From a virus: 32,958 bases of DNA. The stretch is from positions 1 through 32,958 of the IMG/VR virus record IMGVR_UViG_3300017613_000633; one strand, written 5' to 3'. Positions 7,250 to 16,121 of the stretch are shown piece after piece. The position numbers and the translations under genes were made by a program. The number at the start of each line of letters is the position of its first letter. The stretch's first letter is position 1. Under the pieces are notes generated by a model. The model worked only from the letters and a program-made list of their open reading frames with translations. It did no database searches and was not told the origin of the DNA.

Positions 7250-9510
7250 TATGGTAAATTCCCTGTGGTGGTTGGGGTTTGATTACCCTGATAGTACCCA
7301 TAAGCACCCGCCAAATTACCTAGCAACTGCTGATTGTTTGCCCCTTGAGCTAAAGCCGCGTTAACTTGGGCTTGTCCAGCGTTGCCAATGGCGTTGGTGT
7401 TTTGCGAACCTTGACCAACTGCCAAATTAGACAATATTGTTGCTAATTGCTGCTGTTGCTGTGCTGACATATTACCAGAGTTTTGGATTATGTTAGCCAA
7501 GTTAGCGCCACCGCCCCCATACACATTAGATAATCCAGAGCCTTGCTGATTACTTAGGTTGGCTAGTGCGCCAGTAGACAGTTGTATTTGACTTGCTAAA
7601 TCTCTGCCAGCTTGAGTTCTCGCCCCGCCCAATGCTTGCCCTGCATTTTGATACATATTAGCAGCGTTAACCCCAGCGTTACCCATCATGTTAGCGCCTT
7701 GTCCAGCCAGCCCACCTGCGAAGTTGGCTTGATTTAAGCCTGTGTTAGACTGTATCCCAGCGCCTTGTCCAGACAGGGCGCTGATAATGTTAGCCATGTT
7801 AGTCCCGCCTTGAGACTGCATCGTTGCTTGATTTGCTGCTGTTGTAGCCCCTAAATTTGCTTGGTCTTGGCCTGACCCTATTTGTGCTTGAGCGCCCAAA
7901 CCACCCAATGAAGATAAAATATTTGCTGAATTTTGACCAGCTTGGGTTGATATGTTCGCTTGGTTTAAGCCTGACGTTGACATTATATCCGCCATATCCT
8001 GACCTCTACCTGATGCTATGTCAGATCCGTATTTTGCAGTGTTTGAGGTGATTCCAGAACCAAACTGCCCTCCTTGCTGTTGATATCCTGCGCCCTGACC
8101 AAATAGGCTTGCCATATTGGTGGATTGCTGCCCTGCTAAGTTTGCTCGAGACTGAGCCGCCCCAAGTCTATTGCTGGCGTTCTGCAAGCTTGCTTGTGTT
8201 TGCATCTGTGCGTTTTGAGCCGCCAAATTACCCTGTTGCTGTCCAGCTTGGGACAGGAATTGCCCTTGCTGCCCTGCTGCTTGTAATCCTTGCCCTGTGG
8301 ATTGGAAAGCCCTATTAAATTGGTTGTCTAGGTCTTGAGCGGCTATACCAGCGCTTCTATCCTGCAATTCTCTTAGAATATTTCCACTTACCACATTGCC
8401 TGTTGCGCTGCCTTGGTTGGTAACGTTACGCATCATCTCATCTTGAAGGTACTTAGTACCGGGGTTGTTCATCATGGCATTATTAAAAGCCTCTTGCCCC
8501 TGAGCGCCTGACAAAGCTAATTGTTGCTGTTGTGACTGTAAACCGCCTCCGGCATAAGCGCCTACACCCTGCGCCGCTTGGTTGAATTGGTCTTGACCTG
8601 TGTTTTGATCGACATTTGAAGCTCTGCCGCCAAAGTTTCCACCCAGAGCGTTCATTCCACGATCAAACAATGCGTTTGATGCGCCCATTCCCTGTTGAAG
8701 CTGGCTCATAGCATTGCTAGTGCCTAGCGAGGCTTGCTGTTGGGCTAGATTCGCGCCAGTGTTTAATATATTTAATCCCTGCTGTGAACCTTGACTTAGT
8801 TGATTTAACGCGCCTCCTTCACTCCGCCTAAGTGTGTTCCCACCTTGCTGCGCACCACTCATGACAGCATTGACGCTTTGGTTCGCTGTGTTTTGAAGTG
8901 AATTTAAACCCTGTCCTAACCCTTGGTTTAGCTGATTAGCACCTCGCTGCCCCGCTGCACCCAAAGTATTTACACCCTGATTAACACCTTGCTGTATATA
9001 ATTCCCCGCGCCCTGCTGTGCGTTTTGTAGGGTATTTAAAGCCCCTTGACCGCCCATACTGATTTGATTCTGACCAAAGGTGTTGGCATTCTGTAAAGCA
9101 TTTAACCCTTGCTGAGTTGAACCCTGCAAGGCATTTAGCCCGCCAGTTAACCCGCCAGTATAAGCCTGTTCAGCACCCGCTAGGCCGTAGTTTTGACTGC
9201 CACCTGTTGGGGCTGGTTGGTATGGGGTTTGTGGCTGTGCCATTGTTTGCACTGCTGGCTCTGGAACGCCTGCTGTTTGCAGGTTTTGCATAGCTCGCTG
9301 GGCGCTGGCGCTCATTTGGTCGGGTTGCCTCATCATATTTTGAATGGGGAACCCGCCCTTTTGTTTAATTTGAGACTGCGAAGCAATTGGGGCTGACGCT
9401 GCTATATTTGAAGGGTTAGACCCTATGCTTGAAGGTATGCGCCCACCAACATTAGGCCGTCTCATCATATCATTCTGCAAGTTTCTTAAAGCACTAACTG
9501 GCGCTCTCAT
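7249..9510 (-). CDS. Q/N/G/A-rich low-complexity virion protein (753 aa), ejection-protein position
   Basis: Single long ORF with degenerate repeats such as GLNALQN, GALNTLQN, GLNSLQN and NxANI(I/L)S. On reading I see no Trp, Cys or His. Confidence 0.55.
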   Translation of the reverse strand: MRAPVSALRNLQNDMMRRPNVGGRIPSSIGSNPSNIAASAPIASQSQIKQKGGFPIQNMMRQPDQMSASAQRAMQNLQTAGVPEPAVQTMAQPQTPYQPAPTGGSQNYGLAGAEQAYTGGLTGGLNALQGSTQQGLNALQNANTFGQNQISMGGQGALNTLQNAQQGAGNYIQQGVNQGVNTLGAAGQRGANQLNQGLGQGLNSLQNTANQSVNAVMSGAQQGGNTLRRSEGGALNQLSQGSQQGLNILNTGANLAQQQASLGTSNAMSQLQQGMGASNALFDRGMNALGGNFGGRASNVDQNTGQDQFNQAAQGVGAYAGGGLQSQQQQLALSGAQGQEAFNNAMMNNPGTKYLQDEMMRNVTNQGSATGNVVSGNILRELQDRSAGIAAQDLDNQFNRAFQSTGQGLQAAGQQGQFLSQAGQQQGNLAAQNAQMQTQASLQNASNRLGAAQSRANLAGQQSTNMASLFGQGAGYQQQGGQFGSGITSNTAKYGSDIASGRGQDMADIMSTSGLNQANISTQAGQNSANILSSLGGLGAQAQIGSGQDQANLGATTAANQATMQSQGGTNMANIISALSGQGAGIQSNTGLNQANFAGGLAGQGANMMGNAGVNAANMYQNAGQALGGARTQAGRDLASQIQLSTGALANLSNQQGSGLSNVYGGGGANLANIIQNSGNMSAQQQQQLATILSNLAVGQGSQNTNAIGNAGQAQVNAALAQGANNQQLLGNLAGAYGYYQGNQTPTTTGNLP

Positions 9511-10052
9511 AATAAATTCCCATCAAGCCTATAGCTTGGCATGTTATATTCTGGATATTGAGGCTTATTTGCAATCGCTTCTTGAATCCTCTGCTTGTCG
9601 CCTCCGTAAATCGGATTTAAAGCCTGCTGACTAGTTTGGTAATCGGGCAATTGCTGCTGAAAAATGTTTGCATCGTAATTAAGCTGTGTTGGTTGGAATT
9701 GAGAATAATCTACAGCTCCGCCCATTAAAGCATTGTGAGCCTGCGGCATACCTGCGAGTATTTGATTCTGCGCTGCAACATTGCCTTGCTGAAAAGTCTG
9801 GGCTTGCTGTGGCATGAATTGACCAAACACGTCTAAAGCGCTTTGATACCCTTGTTGTGCGTTAGCCTCTGCTGATGGGAATAACTTAAATAAATCGCCT
9901 CTAGCTTGCTTTGTAGCTTTTTCTGTTGCTGCTATTTGAGCATCAGATGTGTCTCTAGCTGCCCCAGCAGCTTTTTTAGCTGCTTTGTTTGATGCTACTG
10001 CTCCAACTATGGAAGAACCACCAATTGCTAAAGCTGTGAATAATCCTGACAT
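9507..10052 (-). CDS. Small virion protein candidate (181 aa), hydrophobic N-terminus and Q-rich body
   Basis: MSGLFTALAIGGSSIVGAVAS followed by a Q-rich sequence. 4-nt overlap with the downstream gene. Confidence 0.5.
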   Translation of the reverse strand: MSGLFTALAIGGSSIVGAVASNKAAKKAAGAARDTSDAQIAATEKATKQARGDLFKLFPSAEANAQQGYQSALDVFGQFMPQQAQTFQQGNVAAQNQILAGMPQAHNALMGGAVDYSQFQPTQLNYDANIFQQQLPDYQTSQQALNPIYGGDKQRIQEAIANKPQYPEYNMPSYRLDGNLL

Positions 10053-10480
10053 TAGCTAATATCCCCTAAGTAAAAACGCTCTAACTCGTCAAAGTTCTCG
10101 GCTGTTATGTTCTTTTGTATTTCGTCACCGTCAACCCCATCAGTAGGATGAATGGTTAACCATATAGTGTCTGCATGCGCCACAATAGCCCTTTTCTTTC
10201 CACTATGACCGCTTAATTGATTGTAACCTGTTAACCTTACTGCGCCAGTCTCAGAGCCTACAGTGGCATCACCGCTAACCATAAATTCCATATGGTCATA
10301 TTTGTATATTTGGCCTGTTATTGCTACGCCTGCGGGTATGGTTATTTGTCTTGCATACATGCCGCCATGTATTTTATGTGTAACGGGTATGTCTACCTGT
10401 GGCATTGTCAATGCTATTTCATCGTAAGCTGTTATAGCATCCCTATATAATTGAGTTGCAGCATTCAAACTAATACCCAC
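10052..10480 (-). CDS. Hypothetical virion-module protein (142 aa)
   Basis: Intact ORF in the operon orientation with a beta-rich sequence. Confidence 0.5.
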   Translation of the reverse strand: MGISLNAATQLYRDAITAYDEIALTMPQVDIPVTHKIHGGMYARQITIPAGVAITGQIYKYDHMEFMVSGDATVGSETGAVRLTGYNQLSGHSGKKRAIVAHADTIWLTIHPTDGVDGDEIQKNITAENFDELERFYLGDIS

Positions 10481-10725
10481 CCTTGCTTAGTGTCACCAGC
10501 AATAGACTGGTCACGTTTAACGTATAATATAGAACCAGACGTACCCGCATCATTCATATAAATAGCACCTTGAATAGCCTCAAACACACCTTCTGGATTA
10601 CCTGAGCCTATTATCATTTCTCTCTGAGTAACTAAGCTAGTCCACGCCCTAAACGATTGCTCCATTGAACCATCATCATTAAGAATTGGTCTATTTGCGT
10701 CTGGTGGTGATACTCTAGCGCCCAC
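10465..10725 (-). CDS. Hypothetical protein (86 aa) at the tail-needle (gp26) position
   Basis: It directly follows the gp10-like gene but is far shorter than P22 gp26. Function not assigned. Confidence 0.45.
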   Translation of the reverse strand: MGARVSPPDANRPILNDDGSMEQSFRAWTSLVTQREMIIGSGNPEGVFEAIQGAIYMNDAGTSGSILYVKRDQSIAGDTKQGWVLV

Positions 10726-12199
10726 GTTGCGCCCCTGTTTTAATATTAACTCGTAACTTTAGCGCTCTAAATTTGCAAGGGTCTGAGAATTCAAAAAGTA
10801 AAACCCCTAACCTTGGAAACCTGCCAAGCCTCGCCCAAACTTGTCTTACATTATACTCCCCAATCTTACCCATTGCTCGAGGTATTGGGTCATTGAATGA
10901 TTTGCCATCAACGCAAGTGCTTAATCTTACCTCTGGCTCTGGCTGGTCATCATTACCAACACCTGACTCTGTTGTTAGCTCTACGCTGTTAAGTGAAAAT
11001 GAATCGCCCTGATTAGCCAAAGGTTGTAATGAAAACGCCCTCAGTATTGGGTTGTCATACTCTTTATAATTATCAAGCTTCAATTCACCTATTCGACCAT
11101 CTTGTGAGTCACCACATAACACTCGACCATAAGCCGTCACCAGTGAATTAACTCTATGTCTAACATTCTGCGTCAAGCCCTTAGTGTCAACGATTTGACT
11201 TTGTCTTTCGCTCCACGTACCCGTTAGCACTTCATAAACAAAAGTGACTGATGGCAGCGAGAACTCAACAAAATAAGCGCCAGCTTGAGCGTATGAAAAT
11301 GCAAAGCTTTCAACTATTTCATCTCTGGTAAATTCTTGCAGTTTGGTGTCAATAGCTGTTGTACTAACCTTTTGAGGTGTAGCCCCGTTAAGCGTCCATA
11401 TAGCCGCGCTTTCGTTTACTGCGCCACCTATAAACATGAAGCCATCATTAATGTTAACTAAGCTAAATGGGGCAAAGCAGCCTTTAGATACGAACAAGCC
11501 GTTACGCTGGAAAGGAAAGCCCGGCAAACCTAAGTTATCAAAACCCTCTATCGTCTCTGCGCCTGCTATTGTAAGCTTATTCTTAACCACTATCGGCGCA
11601 ACAATTGCGTCTGGGTCTGCAGCTGCTGATGCAAAGTCTAACGCGCTCCACGTCAAGCCGTCATTAGCTGAGGATTTAATTATTCGCTTAGTGTCAGTAG
11701 TCACCACAAAGAATGAATCAACATAAACCACATGCTGAGGCTTACCGTTGGTAGTGGTGAAATCTACATCAGTTATTTGCTGAAATACTGTGCCTGCTGA
11801 CTCATCGATAATATAGCCTTTCCCGTTTGGCACTAACACTAATAGTTGAGTGCCATTATCAGCAAATGAGCATCTTTCATCACCATCAATAGTCCCTAGT
11901 GTTACAGCGGTAAAGACTTCTACACCTTCTGCGTCGTTGGTTCTGTCTATTCTGTATAGAGTACTACCGTTAAGGAAGTAAGGCTTACCGTCTTTAACGT
12001 GTGAGCCTCTATTGATTTGGTCAATTGCACCTGTCGTTAGAATCTCAGACAATCCAGCCGACCCCTTTATCATGGCATCAGATAACGCCACAGCTTGAGG
12101 TTTATCAATGTAACAGTTCAAACACTGTTGATTAGACAAAGGCAGGCTGTCAGATACGTAATAACCGTTGCCTAGTGAAACCGGTACAGGCTGACCCAT
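10715..12199 (-). CDS. P22 gp10-like tail hub / packaged-DNA stabilization protein
   Basis: 494 aa (P22 gp10 is about 470 aa). The C-terminal end VRQVWARLGRFPRLGVLLFEF...LKLRV resembles the gp10 C-terminus (VLWKRVGRIRRLIGFKLRV) as I recall it. Synteny with the gp4-like gene supports the call. Confidence 0.55.
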   Translation of the reverse strand: MGQPVPVSLGNGYYVSDSLPLSNQQCLNCYIDKPQAVALSDAMIKGSAGLSEILTTGAIDQINRGSHVKDGKPYFLNGSTLYRIDRTNDAEGVEVFTAVTLGTIDGDERCSFADNGTQLLVLVPNGKGYIIDESAGTVFQQITDVDFTTTNGKPQHVVYVDSFFVVTTDTKRIIKSSANDGLTWSALDFASAAADPDAIVAPIVVKNKLTIAGAETIEGFDNLGLPGFPFQRNGLFVSKGCFAPFSLVNINDGFMFIGGAVNESAAIWTLNGATPQKVSTTAIDTKLQEFTRDEIVESFAFSYAQAGAYFVEFSLPSVTFVYEVLTGTWSERQSQIVDTKGLTQNVRHRVNSLVTAYGRVLCGDSQDGRIGELKLDNYKEYDNPILRAFSLQPLANQGDSFSLNSVELTTESGVGNDDQPEPEVRLSTCVDGKSFNDPIPRAMGKIGEYNVRQVWARLGRFPRLGVLLFEFSDPCKFRALKLRVNIKTGAQRGR

Positions 12200-13836
12200 T
12201 ACCTAGCCTCTACTATGTAATAGCTGTCTGCCTCTGCGGTAATATTGTTTGTAGTGGCAACGTTTGCAACTTGCAACTTAATGTAATCGTTTTGATCTAG
12301 CGTTGTGTTGATATTTATGTTGAAAAAAGCAACATCCCTACCACCTTGAAAACTGTTAACCTCCCTTGTCTGGTCTAGCACTGTCACAAAAGACGATGCC
12401 GAATCATCCCATTTAGTAACCCGTAGGGATATATCATCACCCGGCGTTCCATCAATCAAGAAATCGGCTATGACCTTAAACTCTCTTGGCGTATTGCCTA
12501 AATGCCTTAATTGCCCGCCTGCTGGGTTATCAAAGTGCTGTAAATCTTGAGATGTCCATAAGCCCGCTTCTACATCAACAAATACGCCAGCCGTTGTTAT
12601 GGTGCTAACCACTTCTGTTGTCACCTCTATATGCCCGCCCTCGAAGGTGTTAGGCATACCATTATTACCCGACCATGCAGACACTAAATCCGAATTACTC
12701 ATATTTGGGGTTATGTTTGCATCTTGGGAGTTAAACACCCCATTTCTTGTAATTATTGCGCTTTCAATAGAAACCGTTGACGGGTTAATAAAATTAGCCG
12801 GGGCAAAGTCAAAAAATGATACCGTAGCATTTAGGTCAATGTTTTGGTTAGACCTAAACCTCGATGCCATAGTGAAGCCAGCACCAGCTTTAAAAAGCGA
12901 GTAAGCACCGTCTGTTAAGCCTCTAACTATTGATGTATCAATGAAATAACCACCAACCCAAGTCCCTGCAAGCGTTAGCTCTGGCTTGCCACCAAACCGC
13001 CCAGTACCTACTTCTAAGCCCTGCCGGTAATCTGTAATCGTGCCTAGTGATGTGCAATCGTTGTAATTAATACGCGCAAACTCAAAAGCATCAAAGCCCG
13101 TGGACGACGTTAAGTTATAGACCTGTGAGGCTGCGCCAGTTACTTCAACCGCATAGTCAGAACCAATCAAGTTACCCGACCCGCCAACCGGTGACGTGAA
13201 CATTGTATAGCCAGTCTCGGAAGATGTAAGCTTAGATATGTCGAAGCTGTAACCCGCCAAATTTAAGCCGCCTGCAGGAACATCTATTGATTGACTACCC
13301 ATATCAATGATGCCGTCAATAAAATACTGCTTAGTGCTGTCAAGCGCTCCTGCTAGGTCTGATGCTTGCGTAACTATCATTCTATTTTGCAAGTCTTCGA
13401 TGTTACCCGCTGTAATTTCAACTGAATTAGGTGTTTGAACAATGCTAACGTTAGAGCCTGCCTTTATGCGCTTAAAGGTGACTTGTGCTGCTGTTGAGTC
13501 AACAATAATATTAGCGCCATCAGAAGCACTTCCAGCGTTAGCTAGATTCGTTTTTAGTGCTATGCTGCCGTATGGGTCAAGCGCCGCTGTAATACCCTGA
13601 GATGGGGCGATTGCGCGAATATAGTTAAGTGTACTAGATGGTTGATTAAGTATCTGAACCGCAGTTGGTGAGCCTACGTTTTTAATCTGGCCTGTTACAC
13701 CTAGGCTAGACGACATTGAAGCAAATGAAATGCTATTCAATGTGCCATTTCGTACCAATGCGAAGTTGTCAGACTCAACCGCACTCGTTACCGCTACAGC
13801 ATCTGTTATGTCTTTTGCGACTGATTGACAAGTCAT
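12199..13836 (-). CDS. Beta-rich tail protein (545 aa), possible second spike/fiber
   Basis: Ser/Thr/Gly/Val/Asn-rich, beta-helix-like composition. It is inserted between the gp4-like and gp10-like genes. Confidence 0.45.
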   Translation of the reverse strand: MTCQSVAKDITDAVAVTSAVESDNFALVRNGTLNSISFASMSSSLGVTGQIKNVGSPTAVQILNQPSSTLNYIRAIAPSQGITAALDPYGSIALKTNLANAGSASDGANIIVDSTAAQVTFKRIKAGSNVSIVQTPNSVEITAGNIEDLQNRMIVTQASDLAGALDSTKQYFIDGIIDMGSQSIDVPAGGLNLAGYSFDISKLTSSETGYTMFTSPVGGSGNLIGSDYAVEVTGAASQVYNLTSSTGFDAFEFARINYNDCTSLGTITDYRQGLEVGTGRFGGKPELTLAGTWVGGYFIDTSIVRGLTDGAYSLFKAGAGFTMASRFRSNQNIDLNATVSFFDFAPANFINPSTVSIESAIITRNGVFNSQDANITPNMSNSDLVSAWSGNNGMPNTFEGGHIEVTTEVVSTITTAGVFVDVEAGLWTSQDLQHFDNPAGGQLRHLGNTPREFKVIADFLIDGTPGDDISLRVTKWDDSASSFVTVLDQTREVNSFQGGRDVAFFNININTTLDQNDYIKLQVANVATTNNITAEADSYYIVEAR

Positions 13837-14289
13837 CTAGCTATCTCCGCATGTTGCCGCGTCATCTTCGCAGCAACCATCATAAAAATTGTAATCTGAA
13901 AAGGTGTCGTTGTCATTACCTGAGCCGCGAGGCGTGTTTGATGTGTACTTACTGCCGATAATGGGCGAGCCAAGCTTAATCATTACGTTTAGACCATTTG
14001 CTGCGCGTCTTGCTAGCTCTGGTGTGACAACAACGTCATAAGTAGTGGCAAGCTCAAGTGCTACGTTGGTTTTTATCCCCATGATGGCACCTGCTGGCAC
14101 TGTGACGGTATCATCCGGGTTGGTTAATTCTGTATAGCCAAGCTTGATGCCGTCTGCGTCTTGCATAGCCATATATTCATTTAGATATCTAACACCTGTC
14201 TGAAAGTCTACTGCTGGTATTGCCTGTTCTGCTGAGTTGATTAGCAGCTCTTGCAATATATCACTTACGAGGCTTTTTGCTGTTGCCAT
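13837..14289 (-). CDS. P22 gp4-like head-to-tail adaptor
   Basis: 150 aa. The LNEYMAMQDADGIKLGY and PRGSGNDNDTFSDYNFY segments parallel P22 gp4 (LEAMMAEWYQDGKGIITGY, PTGSGNSFANLNEWHYF). Confidence 0.7.
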   Translation of the reverse strand: MATAKSLVSDILQELLINSAEQAIPAVDFQTGVRYLNEYMAMQDADGIKLGYTELTNPDDTVTVPAGAIMGIKTNVALELATTYDVVVTPELARRAANGLNVMIKLGSPIIGSKYTSNTPRGSGNDNDTFSDYNFYDGCCEDDAATCGDS

Positions 14290-14407
14290 TTGATTTAGCC
14301 TTGTTTGTGGGTTTTTTCCAGCCTAGCGATAATGCGCAATCAAGTGAGGTTTGATTAACCTTAACTTTTGTACCGTCTGGTTTTACTAAAGTGGTAAGTT
14401 CTGACAT
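14261..14407 (-). CDS. Possible small protein (48 aa)
   Basis: Translation: MSELTTLVKPDGTKVKVNQTSLDCALSLGWKKPTNKAKSNGNSKKPRK*. AAGG lies 8-11 nt upstream of the ATG. It overlaps the adaptor start by 29 nt and is below the ORF-track cutoff. Confidence 0.35.
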   Translation of the reverse strand: MSELTTLVKPDGTKVKVNQTSLDCALSLGWKKPTNKAKSNGNSKKPRK

Positions 14408-14492
14408 GAGAAACCTTTCGAAAAGATTATTGACGTATTATAAGCCTTTTGCCAATGTCTCTATAGATAGGCAATTTGCCAAGGGTTAAAAT

Positions 14493-14795
14493 ATGATTCC
14501 ATTGTTAAGAATTTACTTTGAGAAGCAAGAGGCTAAGAATAAAAAAAGCTACGGTACGGGTGACTTTAAACCTGCGCCTGCTGTTAGGTTTGTTTTATCT
14601 AGACTGCTTAAAAAAATAAAGCGACCTGTGTATAAAGAAGTGGTAAGTGGAAATATATCGCCCGCTGATGGTAGAAATATTGTAGCTGCTGCCAATCAAA
14701 TAAATGTCAGTGTTCAAAACGAGCTAAAGCTAATGAAGTTGCAAATTGATACAGGTAAAGAAGTAAACAAGCTTGGAGAGTTATCCATATACTAA
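14493..14795 (+). CDS. Basic 100-aa protein encoded antisense to the structural operon
   Basis: It is the only ORF of this size in the 430-nt gap between the capsid and adaptor genes. AAGGG lies 7 nt upstream of the ATG. Lys/Arg-rich. It ends 5 nt before a strong hairpin. Confidence 0.5.
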   Translation: MIPLLRIYFEKQEAKNKKSYGTGDFKPAPAVRFVLSRLLKKIKRPVYKEVVSGNISPADGRNIVAAANQINVSVQNELKLMKLQIDTGKEVNKLGELSIY

Positions 14796-14799
14796 TAAA

Positions 14800-14821
14800 A
14801 AAGCCCCAATTAAGGGGCTTT
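14800..14821. terminator. Bidirectional intrinsic terminator after the major capsid gene
   Basis: Perfect 8-bp stem AAAGCCCC (14800-14807) / GGGGCTTT (14814-14821) with loop AATTAA. On the minus strand it is followed by TTTTTTATT, on the plus strand by TGTTTT. Confidence 0.8.
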
Positions 14822-14841
14822 GTTTTATGTCTTAGTTGTTA

Positions 14842-16110
14842 CTAAGGTGTACCGAATGACTTACCAGCGAAGAACGGGTTAAGAACCGCGTAAGCTGGAC
14901 GGAAATCAAATCGTACAATCTGCTTGTTCGCATCGCCATCTGCGTACTTAGATACGCGGAATTGTAAACCGTCCTCTGTAGTAGCGATAGTGTCAGTGCT
15001 GTAAAGCTTCTTGATAGGTACAGAGCCCATTGAGAACGCTTGCTTATGCCAGAATAAGTTAGGCTGAATAAGCGTACTTGCTGCGCCGCCTAACGTTACA
15101 ACGTCACCAGAAGTTAGGGCTGAATCTACAGTGTTGTAGCCGCCTGTTGCTTCATAGATGCCCGGTCCTGTAATAACCAAAGTTCCCGCACCAGAGCCGT
15201 TAAGCGTTACTGATTCGGTTACTGTACCGCTGAATAAGATAGTTGCGCCTGTTTCATCTAGGATGGGTTGACGTGTTGACAAGTTCAAGCGGTTACGGCC
15301 TGTAACTGTGATGGTTTCACCCGCTGCAACTACCAAGTTAGCTTGGAAACCAGTGACCGCGATAGATTGCGTCATGGTGTCCTTAGCTGCTAAGTAAGTG
15401 CCTGTAGGTGTAGCTGACAATGTGCCTGCTCGGTCTGCGCCTGTGCCAGTTGTGTAGCTTGGCAATGTGGTGGCAGTCATAACCTTCATGCCTGCGAACA
15501 TATCAGTGATTACGGCACGTTGGTTGGCTGACATAGCGCCAGTCTCACCACCTAAGCTACGCTGATTAGATGCAAGTTTGCGTTGTGTGTATGGGTTAGC
15601 AAAATAACACCAGCCATCGTCCATTGGTACGCCAGAAGATTGCATGATTGCGCCCGCTTCTGAAACCTCGTCCCATGTGGTGATGCCTGTGCCAACTGTA
15701 CCAGCGAGTAAAGCAGTGTTTTTCATACAGAAGTTAGCGAAATCAAGCTCAACGTCAGTTTTGATACGTGTAGCCATTGGAGCAAGAAGTTGGTCAAGTT
15801 GATCCATCTTGATTGCTTCGTCTGCTTCGTCAAAATCAACGTCAACTGTGAAGTAGTCCTGAACCACACCGCTGGCTTTACCAGTGATAATGTCAGAGCG
15901 TGTTCCACCTGAAATATCACCTTTAGCGGTACGCTTAGAAACGTAATCAGTAGGTCGTTTAAAATCTACAGTGTCACCAGTGTCAGGGTTAAACTTGTTG
16001 TTTAAAAGCTGTGTGTTTACATTCTTAGAAATAACTCGACCTGATTCGAATTTATCTAAAAATACCTTAGCGAGTTTTCGCGTAAAGTTACTGTCAAAAT
16101 TGTTAGCCAT
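14842..16110 (-). CDS. Major capsid protein, P22 coat-protein family
   Basis: 422 aa, directly downstream of the scaffold gene. The overall pattern and the C-terminal region (LFWHKQAFSMGSVPI...) resemble P22 gp5 (VFWADDAIRIVSQPI...). Confidence 0.88.
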   Translation of the reverse strand: MANNFDSNFTRKLAKVFLDKFESGRVISKNVNTQLLNNKFNPDTGDTVDFKRPTDYVSKRTAKGDISGGTRSDIITGKASGVVQDYFTVDVDFDEADEAIKMDQLDQLLAPMATRIKTDVELDFANFCMKNTALLAGTVGTGITTWDEVSEAGAIMQSSGVPMDDGWCYFANPYTQRKLASNQRSLGGETGAMSANQRAVITDMFAGMKVMTATTLPSYTTGTGADRAGTLSATPTGTYLAAKDTMTQSIAVTGFQANLVVAAGETITVTGRNRLNLSTRQPILDETGATILFSGTVTESVTLNGSGAGTLVITGPGIYEATGGYNTVDSALTSGDVVTLGGAASTLIQPNLFWHKQAFSMGSVPIKKLYSTDTIATTEDGLQFRVSKYADGDANKQIVRFDFRPAYAVLNPFFAGKSFGTP

Positions 16111-16121
16111 GAGTGGCTCCT

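Noticed and set aside
7249-9510. Checked the repetitive Q/N-rich gene for a CRISPR array or DNA tandem repeats
   Set aside because: The repetition is at the degenerate amino-acid level only. There are no regularly spaced identical DNA repeats or spacers, and one uninterrupted ORF spans the region.
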